Shown: positions 9,116-19,352, numbered from the stretch's first letter. The stretch is 64,000 nt of DNA from a bacterium (GCA_043803945.1 JAZDJN010000038.1:9029-73028); one strand, 5' to 3'. Notes: generated by a model from the letters alone, not told the origin. Numbers and translations are program-made.

Positions 9116-11230
9116 ATGAATCACCTCATACGAACACCCTTCGCAGCGCTGTTGTTGTTCACCTGCAGCCTGGTTGGCCAACAGCGTAATTACGATCCGT
9201 TTCCGATGTCGATCGATGTTGGCAACTTCACCATGACTATGAACAAGCTGAATGGAGAGGGTGGACTATTGTCGCAATATAGCTGGATGCTCAGCGGAAC
9301 AAATTCTCAAAAAACAGAACTCTTTTTCTGGCCTGCAGACCGGTGGCAAACCAATATGCTCTATCAGATATTCAATCCGCTTTCGTTGGACGATAACGGA
9401 ATCCTCGATGAATTTCGCCAGCAGAGAGGAATGTATACTCGGGGTGAAGCGCTCACAAATCCCGGTAAAACAGATTGGGCATTCGAAGTGCGCCGCTACC
9501 GTCCTCCAATCATTATGGTGGATGGAATCCTGCTCAACCCACCGTACCGGTGGTGCGTTGACCCGAAGTTGAAATCAGATATGAAGCTGGAGTTTGAGGA
9601 TGTGCTTGGACAATTTGGTTTGCGGAGTCATATAGAAATATACGCGTTCAGTAATCCATATTTTGCAGACTTCTTTATTTGGAAGACGACTCATAAATTC
9701 ACGGGTGAAATAAAAAGGCCGCGGGAGGCCTCGCTGCCGACCGATACACTACCCGACCAGACCATACGGTTTTGGTGGCCGCTTGCATTTAGTTTTGGAC
9801 CTTCCAAAATGGGAGAGTATAATACTATTGGCTATTTCGGCTATGAAGGTGAAGATGACCTTGACAGTTGGTTCAAACGGAAATCGGAGCTTGTCCCGGG
9901 ACGCACACGCGATGAACTCTATGTGGCGTATTATTGGGATTCAGATAATCCCTATGCGGCTGTCTATACGAATGGATTGACAGACGATACGGGAGATCCG
10001 GATCGGGTCAATGGATTTCTGCATGCAACACAAATTCCCGGCTATACCCTGCTCTATGCTGATAAAGCATACAATCAGAAAGTAGATGATAAAACCCAGC
10101 CCTATTCCATGCCGCACGCGAGTATCGTTGAAGATCTCTGGGGCCGTCGCGATGTGGGATTGAAACAGACCTATCGCGGCGATGACAATCGCGGCAAATT
10201 TCCATTGGATCCCATTTCCGCCGGTCTCTCCGTCAATCCGCAAAAAGGACCAATGCGATTCATTACCGTTGGGCCTTATGAATTGACGAAGAATAAAACG
10301 CAGGGCCGTGCTGATTCGCTGACGTTCGTCTATGCCATCGGTGTGGGCAGTATCGGATGGGAAGCCGCTGATTCAATCGGCCGCCTCTGGTTCAATAAAC
10401 AGATCTCCGATGCAACGAAAAATGAATGGGTCTTAAAAGGGCGCGATTCACTCTGGAAAACTCTCGACCGTGCAAATTGGGCTTGGGATCGCCTCAGCAA
10501 AGGATTGGGGATTCCTTCTCCGCCGCCACCTCCCGATATTTCTGTTGCCTCCGGACCCGATCGGGTGATCGTCTCGTGGTCTTATCCCGACGCAGCATAT
10601 TTCAAAGATCCTGAAACCGGAGTTGATGACTGGTATACATGGCGTGTCTATCGAAAACAGGGTGCCTTCTTTGTCAACGATCCGCTTGATCAACGGAGCA
10701 AAGCCCTATGGATTCTTGTTCACGAGACAACAGACCGCAATCAAACAACCTTTATTGACAAAAATGTTCAGCGGGGAGTAGATTACTATTACGCGGTCAC
10801 GGCTGTCGATAATGGTACTCAGAATTCCAGCGGACTCGATACCGGCGTGAAGCTGGAAAGCTCAAGGTATGTCACCCGTTCTCAGCTTCCCGTAACTTCA
10901 TTTAAGCCAGGATTGAGTGAAGGGAATAAAGTCCGCGTTGTTCCAAATCCAGCGACAGTCGCCGCCGGCGGATTGGGATTTGCCGGCACGCCGAATAAAA
11001 TTCTCTTCGTCAATCTGCCGGTGAAATGTACGCTCAAGATTTATACCGAGACCGGTGACCTGGTCAAGACGATCAACCACTACGGCACTGCAGACCATGA
11101 GTGGGACCAGCGTACCGATAATAACCAGTATGTCACGAGCGGGATTTATATACTTCTGGTGAGTGAGAGCCAGGGGCTCGACGGTCAAGCGCTGGATAAT
11201 CAATTTGTTAAATTTGTTCTTGTGCGATAG
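9116..11230 (+). CDS. Secreted protein with Pro linker, FN3-like domain and T9SS/FlgD-like C-terminal domain
   Basis: Signal peptide; PSPPPPP; FIDKNVQRGVDYYYAVTAVD; CTD VRVVPNP...FVNLP..CTLKIYTETGDLVKTI...WDQR...VTSGIYI. Confidence 0.75.
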   Translation: MNHLIRTPFAALLLFTCSLVGQQRNYDPFPMSIDVGNFTMTMNKLNGEGGLLSQYSWMLSGTNSQKTELFFWPADRWQTNMLYQIFNPLSLDDNGILDEFRQQRGMYTRGEALTNPGKTDWAFEVRRYRPPIIMVDGILLNPPYRWCVDPKLKSDMKLEFEDVLGQFGLRSHIEIYAFSNPYFADFFIWKTTHKFTGEIKRPREASLPTDTLPDQTIRFWWPLAFSFGPSKMGEYNTIGYFGYEGEDDLDSWFKRKSELVPGRTRDELYVAYYWDSDNPYAAVYTNGLTDDTGDPDRVNGFLHATQIPGYTLLYADKAYNQKVDDKTQPYSMPHASIVEDLWGRRDVGLKQTYRGDDNRGKFPLDPISAGLSVNPQKGPMRFITVGPYELTKNKTQGRADSLTFVYAIGVGSIGWEAADSIGRLWFNKQISDATKNEWVLKGRDSLWKTLDRANWAWDRLSKGLGIPSPPPPPDISVASGPDRVIVSWSYPDAAYFKDPETGVDDWYTWRVYRKQGAFFVNDPLDQRSKALWILVHETTDRNQTTFIDKNVQRGVDYYYAVTAVDNGTQNSSGLDTGVKLESSRYVTRSQLPVTSFKPGLSEGNKVRVVPNPATVAAGGLGFAGTPNKILFVNLPVKCTLKIYTETGDLVKTINHYGTADHEWDQRTDNNQYVTSGIYILLVSESQGLDGQALDNQFVKFVLVR

Positions 11231-11239
11231 GAGGCTGCC

Positions 11240-12265
11240 ATGCGAACTCTTTCGAACACCTTCTTCCTCCTCATGGTGATTCTCTTCATCGGCATGGGGA
11301 ATGATGCCCGCGGGCAGATCACTAAGAAGGCACAGGTGGGATTCCGTTTCCTTGAAAACCCGATCGCAGCCGATGTTGTCGGCCGCGGCTCGGCAGGAGT
11401 TGCCACGACACTCTCTTCAAGCGGAGTGTTCTGGAACCCGAGCCTGCTCGGTTGGATTCCTCAGAACGTTGACCTCAGCCTGCATCACACCACCGGCATC
11501 GCCGATATCAGCTACAACGCGCTTGCTGGGGCAGTACAGATCAATGGTGTTGGAGTCCTTGGCATAAGTCTGCTGACCATGGATTATGGCACTTTTTATG
11601 GAACGCGGCGGGCAGCGAACAGTACTGGTTACATAGAAACCGGAGAATTTTCTCCCACTGCCTTTGCCGTCGGATTGGCATTTTCTCAGAAAGTGAGCAA
11701 CCGTTTCTCGTATGGTGTTCATCTGAAATATGCGCAGCAGGATCTCGGAGCGGCGTGGGTTGCCGCAACCGGTTCCAGTATCTCCGATCCCGCTCTGGAA
11801 ATCAGTGAACGCCAGTATGTCCAGAAAACTCTGGCCATGGATGTTGGTGCGTATTACGATTTTCTCTACAGGGGAATTCGCTTCGGGGCATGCCTGCAAA
11901 ATATTTCACGTGAAATCCGGTATGAGAATGAAGCCTTTCCACTCCCATTTGCTGTCAGCTTCGGTGCGACGGTGGAACCGCTGCAATTTTTTAGCGAAGA
12001 GGAGAAGGATGTTTTGATTCTTTGCATCGAGTCGCGGCATCCCAGAGACTTCAATGAGAAGTTGAAAGTGGGAGCTGAATACAGGTTTCTCGATATCTTC
12101 ACTGCACGCGCAGGGTACGCGACCAACTATACTGAACGGGGCTTCTCTGCCGGTATTGGAATCCGATACGATGTGGCCGGTTTCCCTGTTCGTGCCGATT
12201 ACGCGTATCAGGCATTCGGAGTTTTCGGTGCAGTGCATTATCTCTCACTGGCCGTGAGCTATTGA
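11240..12265 (+). CDS. PorV/PorQ-family outer-membrane beta-barrel
   Basis: GFRFLENPIAA..GRG, FWNPS, LKVGAEY, RADYAYQAFGVFGAVHYLSL. Confidence 0.8.
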   Translation: MRTLSNTFFLLMVILFIGMGNDARGQITKKAQVGFRFLENPIAADVVGRGSAGVATTLSSSGVFWNPSLLGWIPQNVDLSLHHTTGIADISYNALAGAVQINGVGVLGISLLTMDYGTFYGTRRAANSTGYIETGEFSPTAFAVGLAFSQKVSNRFSYGVHLKYAQQDLGAAWVAATGSSISDPALEISERQYVQKTLAMDVGAYYDFLYRGIRFGACLQNISREIRYENEAFPLPFAVSFGATVEPLQFFSEEEKDVLILCIESRHPRDFNEKLKVGAEYRFLDIFTARAGYATNYTERGFSAGIGIRYDVAGFPVRADYAYQAFGVFGAVHYLSLAVSY

Positions 12266-12330
12266 CCGCTTTAAAAGAATCGCCGCCAAGATGAAGTAGA
12301 ATTTTTTTATAATATTTTTAATAGCGAACT

Positions 12331-13275
12331 ATGGAACTGATAATTCAACCATATTCAGATCGTTACCGGGAAGAGGTACTTGCACTCTGGGCTGAAGCGC
12401 TTCCCCTCGACGCTATCACTAATGATATCCTGGAACAGCGAGTCCTGCTCGACGAAAACTTCGATCCCGAAACATTTCTTCTTGCATTCGACAGTCAAGC
12501 GCTGACCGGTCTTGTGGTCGGTATCCACGCAAAACGCATGCCGCTCGGAGATGCCGATCCCGATGGAACGTGCTGCTGGATTACTGCACTCGCTGTCAGA
12601 AATAATGATTCTTTTCAGCGCACAACAACGAAACTTCTGGTGGAGATCGAGAATCGTTTTCGACAGTTGGGGAAAAAGGAATGCCGCGTCTCTGGTTACC
12701 CTCCGGGATACTTCACTCCTGGTATCGACCAGCATGCCTATGCTCATCTAGTAAGCCTGTTTCGGGAAAACAACTACACGACGTATCATGAAGCTCTCAG
12801 CATGGATGCATCGATTGTGCTCTTCCAGATTCCCGTACAGATAGTAGCAATTGAAAATCAACTCCGGGATCAGGGAATCCGGATTCGATCGTACCAGAGA
12901 ACTGATCTTGTTGCCTTTCTCGCGTTTCTTGAGCGGTCGATGCCGACAGATTGGGTGAGAGTCGAGCGGCGAAATCTCCGCAAGATAATTGAGGGGGGAT
13001 TTCATCCTGAACAGATTATGGTTGTCACTGCCGGAGAACAATTGATCGGCTATTGCCAATTCGAGGGATCACACTTCGGGCCATTTGGTATCGCCGAGAA
13101 TTTCCAGGGAAAGGGGATCGGCACGGTGCTGCTGGCCCGGACGCTGGAAAGGATGAGGATGGAAGGATACCACGATGCCTGGGTGATGTGGACGGATGAC
13201 CTCGCTGCAAAAGTGTATGAAAAATTCGGATTCAAGCAGACACGACGGTTTTCCATGATGAAGAAAGCATTATAA
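12331..13275 (+). CDS. Tandem-domain GNAT N-acetyltransferase
   Basis: Two GNAT-like halves; acetyl-CoA motif FGPFGIAENFQGKGIG and VYEKFGF. Confidence 0.8.
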   Translation: MELIIQPYSDRYREEVLALWAEALPLDAITNDILEQRVLLDENFDPETFLLAFDSQALTGLVVGIHAKRMPLGDADPDGTCCWITALAVRNNDSFQRTTTKLLVEIENRFRQLGKKECRVSGYPPGYFTPGIDQHAYAHLVSLFRENNYTTYHEALSMDASIVLFQIPVQIVAIENQLRDQGIRIRSYQRTDLVAFLAFLERSMPTDWVRVERRNLRKIIEGGFHPEQIMVVTAGEQLIGYCQFEGSHFGPFGIAENFQGKGIGTVLLARTLERMRMEGYHDAWVMWTDDLAAKVYEKFGFKQTRRFSMMKKAL

Positions 13276-13348
13276 GTACTTCAATGGCAGACCGAGAGGC
13301 ACTGTCAATCGTTGGCAAACTCTCAACATCAAAATAGTAGATAAAACT

Positions 13349-14053
13349 ATGGAACCGAAAAAAACAATTCTTGCTATCGGTGCACACTGCGGAGACATTG
13401 AGGTGACCTGTGCTGCCGTGCTCGCGAAGCATCGTTCACTAGGGGAGAGGGTGATTATTCTCCACCTTACGCTGGGAGAAGGCGGCAATCCCAAACTCTC
13501 TCCGGCACTCTATGGAGAACAAAAACGGCGGGAAGCTCTTGCAGCTGCCCAATGCATCGATGCCGAAGTACTCTTTGCTCCCTACAAAGATGGGGAACTG
13601 CCGAACGATCAGCAATCGCAGATCTATGTTGCCGATCTGATCAGGCAGGTGAAGCCTACGCACATCATTACCCATTGGCGAACCAGCATTCATAAAGACC
13701 ACGTCAATACTCATGCGATTGTGATGGATGCTGTGCTGCTCGCATCATTGGTGGGTGTGGTAACAAAACATCCCGCCCATCGGGGAGTGAAGGCTATCTA
13801 TTATACAGAGAATTGGGAAGATCCTGAGAATTTCAAACCGTACATCTATGTTGATATTACCGATCATCTACAAAGCTGGCAGGAATGTGTCACACAGTAT
13901 GAGTTCATCAAAGGCGGGATATCTTTATTTCCCTATCTGGAATATTATCAAGCTCTTGCCCGGGTGCGGGGAGCTGAATCGGGAACCCGGTATGCAGTAG
14001 CGTTTGATGTCGATCCATTCGAAAAGAAACATCGTGTCGCCATGTTGCCATAA
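13349..14053 (+). CDS. PIG-L/LmbE-family N-deacetylase
   Basis: AIGAHCGDIE (variant of AHPDD), LTLGEGG, RREA, HKDH. Confidence 0.85.
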   Translation: MEPKKTILAIGAHCGDIEVTCAAVLAKHRSLGERVIILHLTLGEGGNPKLSPALYGEQKRREALAAAQCIDAEVLFAPYKDGELPNDQQSQIYVADLIRQVKPTHIITHWRTSIHKDHVNTHAIVMDAVLLASLVGVVTKHPAHRGVKAIYYTENWEDPENFKPYIYVDITDHLQSWQECVTQYEFIKGGISLFPYLEYYQALARVRGAESGTRYAVAFDVDPFEKKHRVAMLP

Positions 14054-14081
14054 AGCAACAGACGGCGGGAAAAATGATTCT

Positions 14082-15015
14082 ATGCCGTTCTCAATCAGAT
14101 CATATCGATCGGAAGATGAACAGAGTGTAGTAGAATTGTGGAACGCGTGTCTGGTGCGCGATGAAATTACTCTGAACACTTTCCGAAAAAAAAATCATCC
14201 TCGATCCGAACTTTGATGCCGGGGGATGTTTCGTTGTTGAAGCAAATCAGAGGATTGTCGCATTCCTGCTCAGTATCTCCCGTCGATATCCTTATTTCGA
14301 TGTGGGGTTGGAAAAAGGACGAGGATGGATCACGGTGTTTTTTGTTCATCCCGACTGGAGAAGAAAATCGATCGCTTCGACGATGGTACAGGCAGCAGAG
14401 CACTTTCTACAGTCGCAGGGAGTAACCGAAGTCCATATCGCAGACTATACGCCAAACTACATCATTCCCGGCATTGATCTGGATGTCTATGCCGATGCAT
14501 CCCAATTCCTTAAATCACTCCACTATGAGAAGTGTCAGAATGTTTACAGCATGGGGCGTTCTCTGCTGGATTACTCATTTCCCAATGATGTTAAGGAGCG
14601 GTTTACTCCATTGCATACCGCAGGATTCACTGTGGAAGTGTTTCATCCTAACCATACACTGGAGCTCCTGGAATTTCTCAGGACCCATTATCCCGGCGAC
14701 CTCTTTCGTGTTGCCCTCGACCGGCTCAGGGAAAATCCTGAATGTGATGAGATCCTTGTTGCATTAAAAGGTGAGAAGGTTGTCGGTTTCAGTCATTTCG
14801 TCGATGAACATTTTGGTCCCTTCGGGATTGATGAAGCGTATAGCGGCAGGGGATTAGGTCCAATGCTCTATTATTATACCGTTGAGCAAATGCGCAAGAA
14901 AGGAAAACAAAACCTCTGGCTTGCCTGGACAACAGGGCGTGCAAAAGATTTCTATTATAAAGTCGGATTGAAAGTACTCCGCCGGCATGAAATTCTGAAG
15001 AAAGTATTGGCCTGA
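14082..15015 (+). pseudogene. Tandem-domain GNAT acetyltransferase interrupted by a +1 frameshift in an A9 run
   Basis: ATG 14082 gives MPFSIRSYRSEDEQSVVELWN...FRKK. Removing one A from 14186-14194 continues IILDPNFDAGG into ORF 14302-15015, matching paralog 12331 (VLLDENFD; FGPFGI). Confidence 0.8.
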
Positions 15016-15037
15016 TCATTTGAATGAAAGGTGGATA

Positions 15038-16804
15038 ATGAAAAGACCTATTATGCTTTTTATAATTTTCCTGGTTCTTGGCGCGAAATATTTGAACTCG
15101 CAACCAATCCGCATTGAGGTTGATGCGGCAAAGAAGATTCGAGCGATCAATCCCTGGCTCTATGGAATCAACACAGCGCGATGGGATGAATCGCTCTTTC
15201 CTGAACACCCCGACGAAATGCTGCTTACCGCCGATCGTGATGCAATCAAAAAGATCAAAGCATCTGGGATCACTTTGTTGAAATACCCGGGTGGGAACGA
15301 TGCCGACAGTTACATCTGGAACTCCCCCGACAACAATGTCTCGGAGATGCAGACCGATGAATATATTGCTCTCTGTCGTGAGGTGGGTGCGGCGCCGTTC
15401 ATTACCATCAACTTTAATCAGACTCCCGAACTGGCGGCAGAATGGGTCCGCTACTGTAATCGGGAAAAGGGGTACGACGTGAAGTTGTGGGAGATTGGGG
15501 ATGAGCGGTGGGGTACCTGGGCAAAGGGATATGTTCCTCCTGAAGAGTATGCGAAGAAATATATCCTGTTTGTCCAGGCTATGCGTGCTGTCGATCCGGA
15601 CATAAAAGTTGCCACCAATGTTCCGCTGGGGTATCATCGTGAACAATGGACGGAGCGTGTCCTTCGCTCTGCTGTCGATTACGTCGATATGTTAACCTTT
15701 ACCTACTTTCCACAGCAATGGGGAAAGGAAAATGACGACAGCCTGATGGCCAGTGTCGGCGTGTTCGAAAAGCTCGTCCTTCAGCTTCGAGAAGATGTTG
15801 AACGTGTGGTTGGGAAGAAGAAAGCTGACGAGATGCTCTATGTCAACGTAGGGTATAATTCGGTCAATCATTCTCCTGGGCATCAGACCCTTCAGATGAT
15901 TAATGCGCTCTTCACGGCGGATATGCTTGGAGTGATGGCACGAACGGGAATCGATATCGGATGTTTCTGGGCGCTTCATAATTTTTATCCGCCGCGCGGC
16001 GGCGACTTCGGATTTATGTCATCGGAGGGAAAGAACACTCCTCGCTATTCGTATTATGTATTACCTCTTTTCTCAAAGTATCTTAAAGGAGAGCTTGTTG
16101 AGTCTCTGGGCGGCGGAGCGTTGGTCTCAACGTACGCAGCACGCGATGGCAAAGCGTTGTCAATTGCATTTCTTAACAAAGATCGTCGGGCAATCCAGTA
16201 CGCTCAACTTCAAGTAAAAAATTTTACACCGCTGCAGAAAGGGATGGCTTATATACTTGATGCGACAAGGGAAATGAAACCGTTTAACCTTCCACCGCTT
16301 TCAGGAACTATGACTTTGAAATTGCCGCCCTACAGCCTGATTATGGTGAACATGATCGATAGCGATTCAACGCTTCAACCAGAAAATCTTACCCTTAACG
16401 CCTCCGCTGCCGCCTCTTCCTTCTCTACTATTGGGCCGCACTTCACACCGCCGAGTGCGATTGATGGTAAGATGCATACACGATGGAATTCAGCGGCCTG
16501 GACAAAATCGAACGGTGAAGAATCGCAGTGGTTTCAACTCAGATGGAAAACAACGCAGACAATCCGGCGGATACGGATTCATTGGGGAGAATCTCCAGCA
16601 CAGGAGTACGAAATTCTCCTCTCCTCGGATGGTGCTCATTGGAAAACTGTTAAGAAGGTGGCCGGGGGGCGTGGAGGAACTGAAGAATATTCCTTCGATG
16701 CACAGCGAGCCAGACAGTTGAAAATTATTGGGAAGAAAGGAACGAAAGGTATCTCGGCCTATTCGATTCGCGAGATAGAAGTTTTTAAAGAACCGATGAG
16801 ATGA
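15038..16804 (+). CDS. Secreted clan GH-A-like (GH44/51/79-related) glycoside hydrolase with C-terminal F5/8 type C (CBM32) domain
   Basis: Signal peptide; INPWLYGIN, LLKYPGG..AD.Y.W, AAEWVRYCN, WEIGDE, MRAVDPDIKV; discoidin motifs AIDG..TRW.S and YEILLSSDG..W, ending SIREIEVF. Confidence 0.75.
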   Translation: MKRPIMLFIIFLVLGAKYLNSQPIRIEVDAAKKIRAINPWLYGINTARWDESLFPEHPDEMLLTADRDAIKKIKASGITLLKYPGGNDADSYIWNSPDNNVSEMQTDEYIALCREVGAAPFITINFNQTPELAAEWVRYCNREKGYDVKLWEIGDERWGTWAKGYVPPEEYAKKYILFVQAMRAVDPDIKVATNVPLGYHREQWTERVLRSAVDYVDMLTFTYFPQQWGKENDDSLMASVGVFEKLVLQLREDVERVVGKKKADEMLYVNVGYNSVNHSPGHQTLQMINALFTADMLGVMARTGIDIGCFWALHNFYPPRGGDFGFMSSEGKNTPRYSYYVLPLFSKYLKGELVESLGGGALVSTYAARDGKALSIAFLNKDRRAIQYAQLQVKNFTPLQKGMAYILDATREMKPFNLPPLSGTMTLKLPPYSLIMVNMIDSDSTLQPENLTLNASAAASSFSTIGPHFTPPSAIDGKMHTRWNSAAWTKSNGEESQWFQLRWKTTQTIRRIRIHWGESPAQEYEILLSSDGAHWKTVKKVAGGRGGTEEYSFDAQRARQLKIIGKKGTKGISAYSIREIEVFKEPMR

Positions 16805-16944
16805 GTATTTGAAAGATTGAGATCTCAATGTTCAAAGATGGGATTGGTAAAAAACGAAGCGTGGGTGTCACGATCCTACCGTGACACTTCAAAAGTAAAA
16901 GCTCTTTTAGCGTAACAGGAAGAATCGGAGTATCAAGACATACT

Positions 16945-18054
16945 ATGGAAGTACCACAGGAAGTATTGAAGACTGCTCCCTCACGCATCGAATCGATTGA
17001 TGCGTTCCGTGGATTTGCCGTCGCTGGAATGTTATTGGTCAACAATCCGGGCACCTGGGATCCAACAGTGGTGCCGCGTCTGTTGATGCATGCGGAATGG
17101 CATGGATGCACATTTGCCGATTTGATCTTCCCGTTCTTTCTCTTTGCTGTTGGCATGGCCATGCCGTTCAGCGAGAAACGGAAGTCTGCCTTAGAAATTC
17201 CGTACTGGAGGAAAATTCTTATTGCAGCAACGCGGGCACTTCTCCTTTATCTCCTTGGAGCATTTCTCAAGTCGGCTTCCCTCGATATTCCCGTTCTTCA
17301 CTTTGGCATTCTCCAGCGAATCGGAGTCTTGTATTTCATTGTATATCTTTTACTGCCGCTGCGCATTCGAACACAGGCAATCCTTGCGGCGCTGCTCTTA
17401 TTCGTCTGGTGGGGAATCATGCTGGTTGTTCAAGGCCCGGGTGTGGTTCCCGGCTCATTCGAACGTGATCTGAATGCTGCTCAATACCTGGATAGCTTCA
17501 TTCTCGCACCCGAAGATAAGGAGACAATTATAAGTATGATTCCGGGAATATCGACCGTGCTCTTTGGCGTGCTCGCTGGCAGGATGTTGATGCAGGTGCA
17601 TGACAATAGACGCGTTGTTCAGATGCTCTCTGCCGGAGCTGCGGCAGGAATTGCGCTGGGATTACTCTGGGATTTGGTTGTCCCTCTGAATAAGATTTTA
17701 TGGACATCCTCCTTTGCGGTCTTTACGGCCGGCTGGTCTTGCCTTGTCTTCCTCCTCTTCTACTGGATTACCGATATGCGGAAACTCAGGATTCTGTCGT
17801 TTCCTTTCATTGTCTACGGAATGAATGCTATCACCCTTTACATGGCTACAGGATTGTTTGTGCGCTGGGTCATGCTTTCCTGGAAGGTTCCCTGGCAGGA
17901 GGGGACAATCTCTCTCACCGGATTTTTTTATCGAACGTTCGCTTCCGTCACAGGGCCGACTATCGGTTCGATACTTTATTCCCTGCTCATCCTCATCCTC
18001 GGATGGCTCCTCTGTTATTGGATGTACAGACGGAAATTATTTTTGAAAGTCTGA
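16945..18054 (+). CDS. HGSNAT/NagX-like (DUF5009) membrane acyltransferase
   Basis: RIESIDAFRG, MLLVNNPG, HAEWHGCTFADLIFPFFLF.VG, GILQRI, PLNKILWTSSF; multiple TM helices. Confidence 0.85.
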   Translation: MEVPQEVLKTAPSRIESIDAFRGFAVAGMLLVNNPGTWDPTVVPRLLMHAEWHGCTFADLIFPFFLFAVGMAMPFSEKRKSALEIPYWRKILIAATRALLLYLLGAFLKSASLDIPVLHFGILQRIGVLYFIVYLLLPLRIRTQAILAALLLFVWWGIMLVVQGPGVVPGSFERDLNAAQYLDSFILAPEDKETIISMIPGISTVLFGVLAGRMLMQVHDNRRVVQMLSAGAAAGIALGLLWDLVVPLNKILWTSSFAVFTAGWSCLVFLLFYWITDMRKLRILSFPFIVYGMNAITLYMATGLFVRWVMLSWKVPWQEGTISLTGFFYRTFASVTGPTIGSILYSLLILILGWLLCYWMYRRKLFLKV

Positions 18055-18055
18055 T

Positions 18056-19267
18056 ATGGCCGATACTCTGAGTCCACCAATCTCCATAACAGTTCGAACT
18101 GGTGCCGATCAGATGCTGACCGATGCATCCGGATTGATAAAGGGGAAACGCATTGGCCTTCTCACCAATCATACCGGTCGATTATCTGATGGCTGTTCGA
18201 TCATCGATGCTCTGGGGGCATCGGGGATCTGCCAGTTGAAAGCGCTCTATGGACCAGAGCATGGCCTCACCGGTACAACACCCGATGGCAAAGCCGTCAA
18301 TCATACAAGTCATCCAGCGTATGGCGTACCGGTTTATTCGCTGTATGGCAAACATCACAAACCGACGAAGGAGATGCTTGCCGGAATTGATTTGCTTGTC
18401 TGTGATATTCAGGATGTTGGAGCGCGATTCTATACGTTCATTTCAACCGTTGCCTTGATGATGGAGGCATGCGCAGAGACGAACATTCCGTTTATCCTGC
18501 TCGATCGGCCGAATCCCATCCGCGGCCTCATGGTCGATGGCCCAATCCGCGTTCAGTCGTTAAAATCGTTTGTAGGCTGGATGCCGATCCCGGTAATGCA
18601 TGGATTGACGCTTGGCGAACTTTGCTCGGTCTGGAACGGAGAAGGTTGGCTTGCAAACTCAGTGCGGGCTAAGCTGGAAGTAGTGCCGATGCAGGGATGG
18701 AGACGATCAATGTGGTTCGACGAAACCGGATTGCCATGGATTCCTCCTTCACCGAATATGAAAACTCTGGATACGGCCATCGTCTATCCGGGCATGTGTT
18801 TCATCGAAGGCACAACTGCATCTGAAGGACGCGGCACAGCGAAACCGTTTCAGATGATCGGGGCGCCATGGCTGGATGCTGATCGGGTGCTCGCTCAATT
18901 GGAACAGATGAATCCGCAGGGAGTTTTACTGCGAACATGTGAATTCAGTCCACGGGAGATACCCGGAGTAGCAAGCCAACCGAAATTCGATAGCGAGGTT
19001 TGTCGTGGAATAGAAATTTCCGTCGTGAAGCGTGAATGTATTGCACCGGTGCAATTGGGGATCATGATATTGGCTGCGATGAAACGTGTACATCCGCAGG
19101 AAATGATTCTGAGACATCGTCGATTTGATATACTTACCGGCAATGCCTCCATCCGCGAGCAGCTCGATCGAGATGTTCCTCATGCTGAGATCGTTGCATC
19201 GTGGAGCTCAGAGTTAAATACGTTCAGGATGATCAGAAGTAAGTACTTACTCTATAAAGAAGCATAG
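18056..19267 (+). CDS. namZ: Exo-beta-N-acetylmuramidase NamZ (DUF1343, GH171)
   Basis: GLLTNHTG, GPEHG, YSLYG, DIQDVGARFYTF, LDRPNP, HGLTLGE, PPSPNM, SEGRGT. Confidence 0.85.
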   Translation: MADTLSPPISITVRTGADQMLTDASGLIKGKRIGLLTNHTGRLSDGCSIIDALGASGICQLKALYGPEHGLTGTTPDGKAVNHTSHPAYGVPVYSLYGKHHKPTKEMLAGIDLLVCDIQDVGARFYTFISTVALMMEACAETNIPFILLDRPNPIRGLMVDGPIRVQSLKSFVGWMPIPVMHGLTLGELCSVWNGEGWLANSVRAKLEVVPMQGWRRSMWFDETGLPWIPPSPNMKTLDTAIVYPGMCFIEGTTASEGRGTAKPFQMIGAPWLDADRVLAQLEQMNPQGVLLRTCEFSPREIPGVASQPKFDSEVCRGIEISVVKRECIAPVQLGIMILAAMKRVHPQEMILRHRRFDILTGNASIREQLDRDVPHAEIVASWSSELNTFRMIRSKYLLYKEA

Positions 19268-19352
19268 TGTGAGTTAATATTGTTCGAGCTGAATGCTAGA
19301 TGAATGAACTTGTGGACAACTGAAGATGAATAGGAAATTCCGAGAAAATAAA

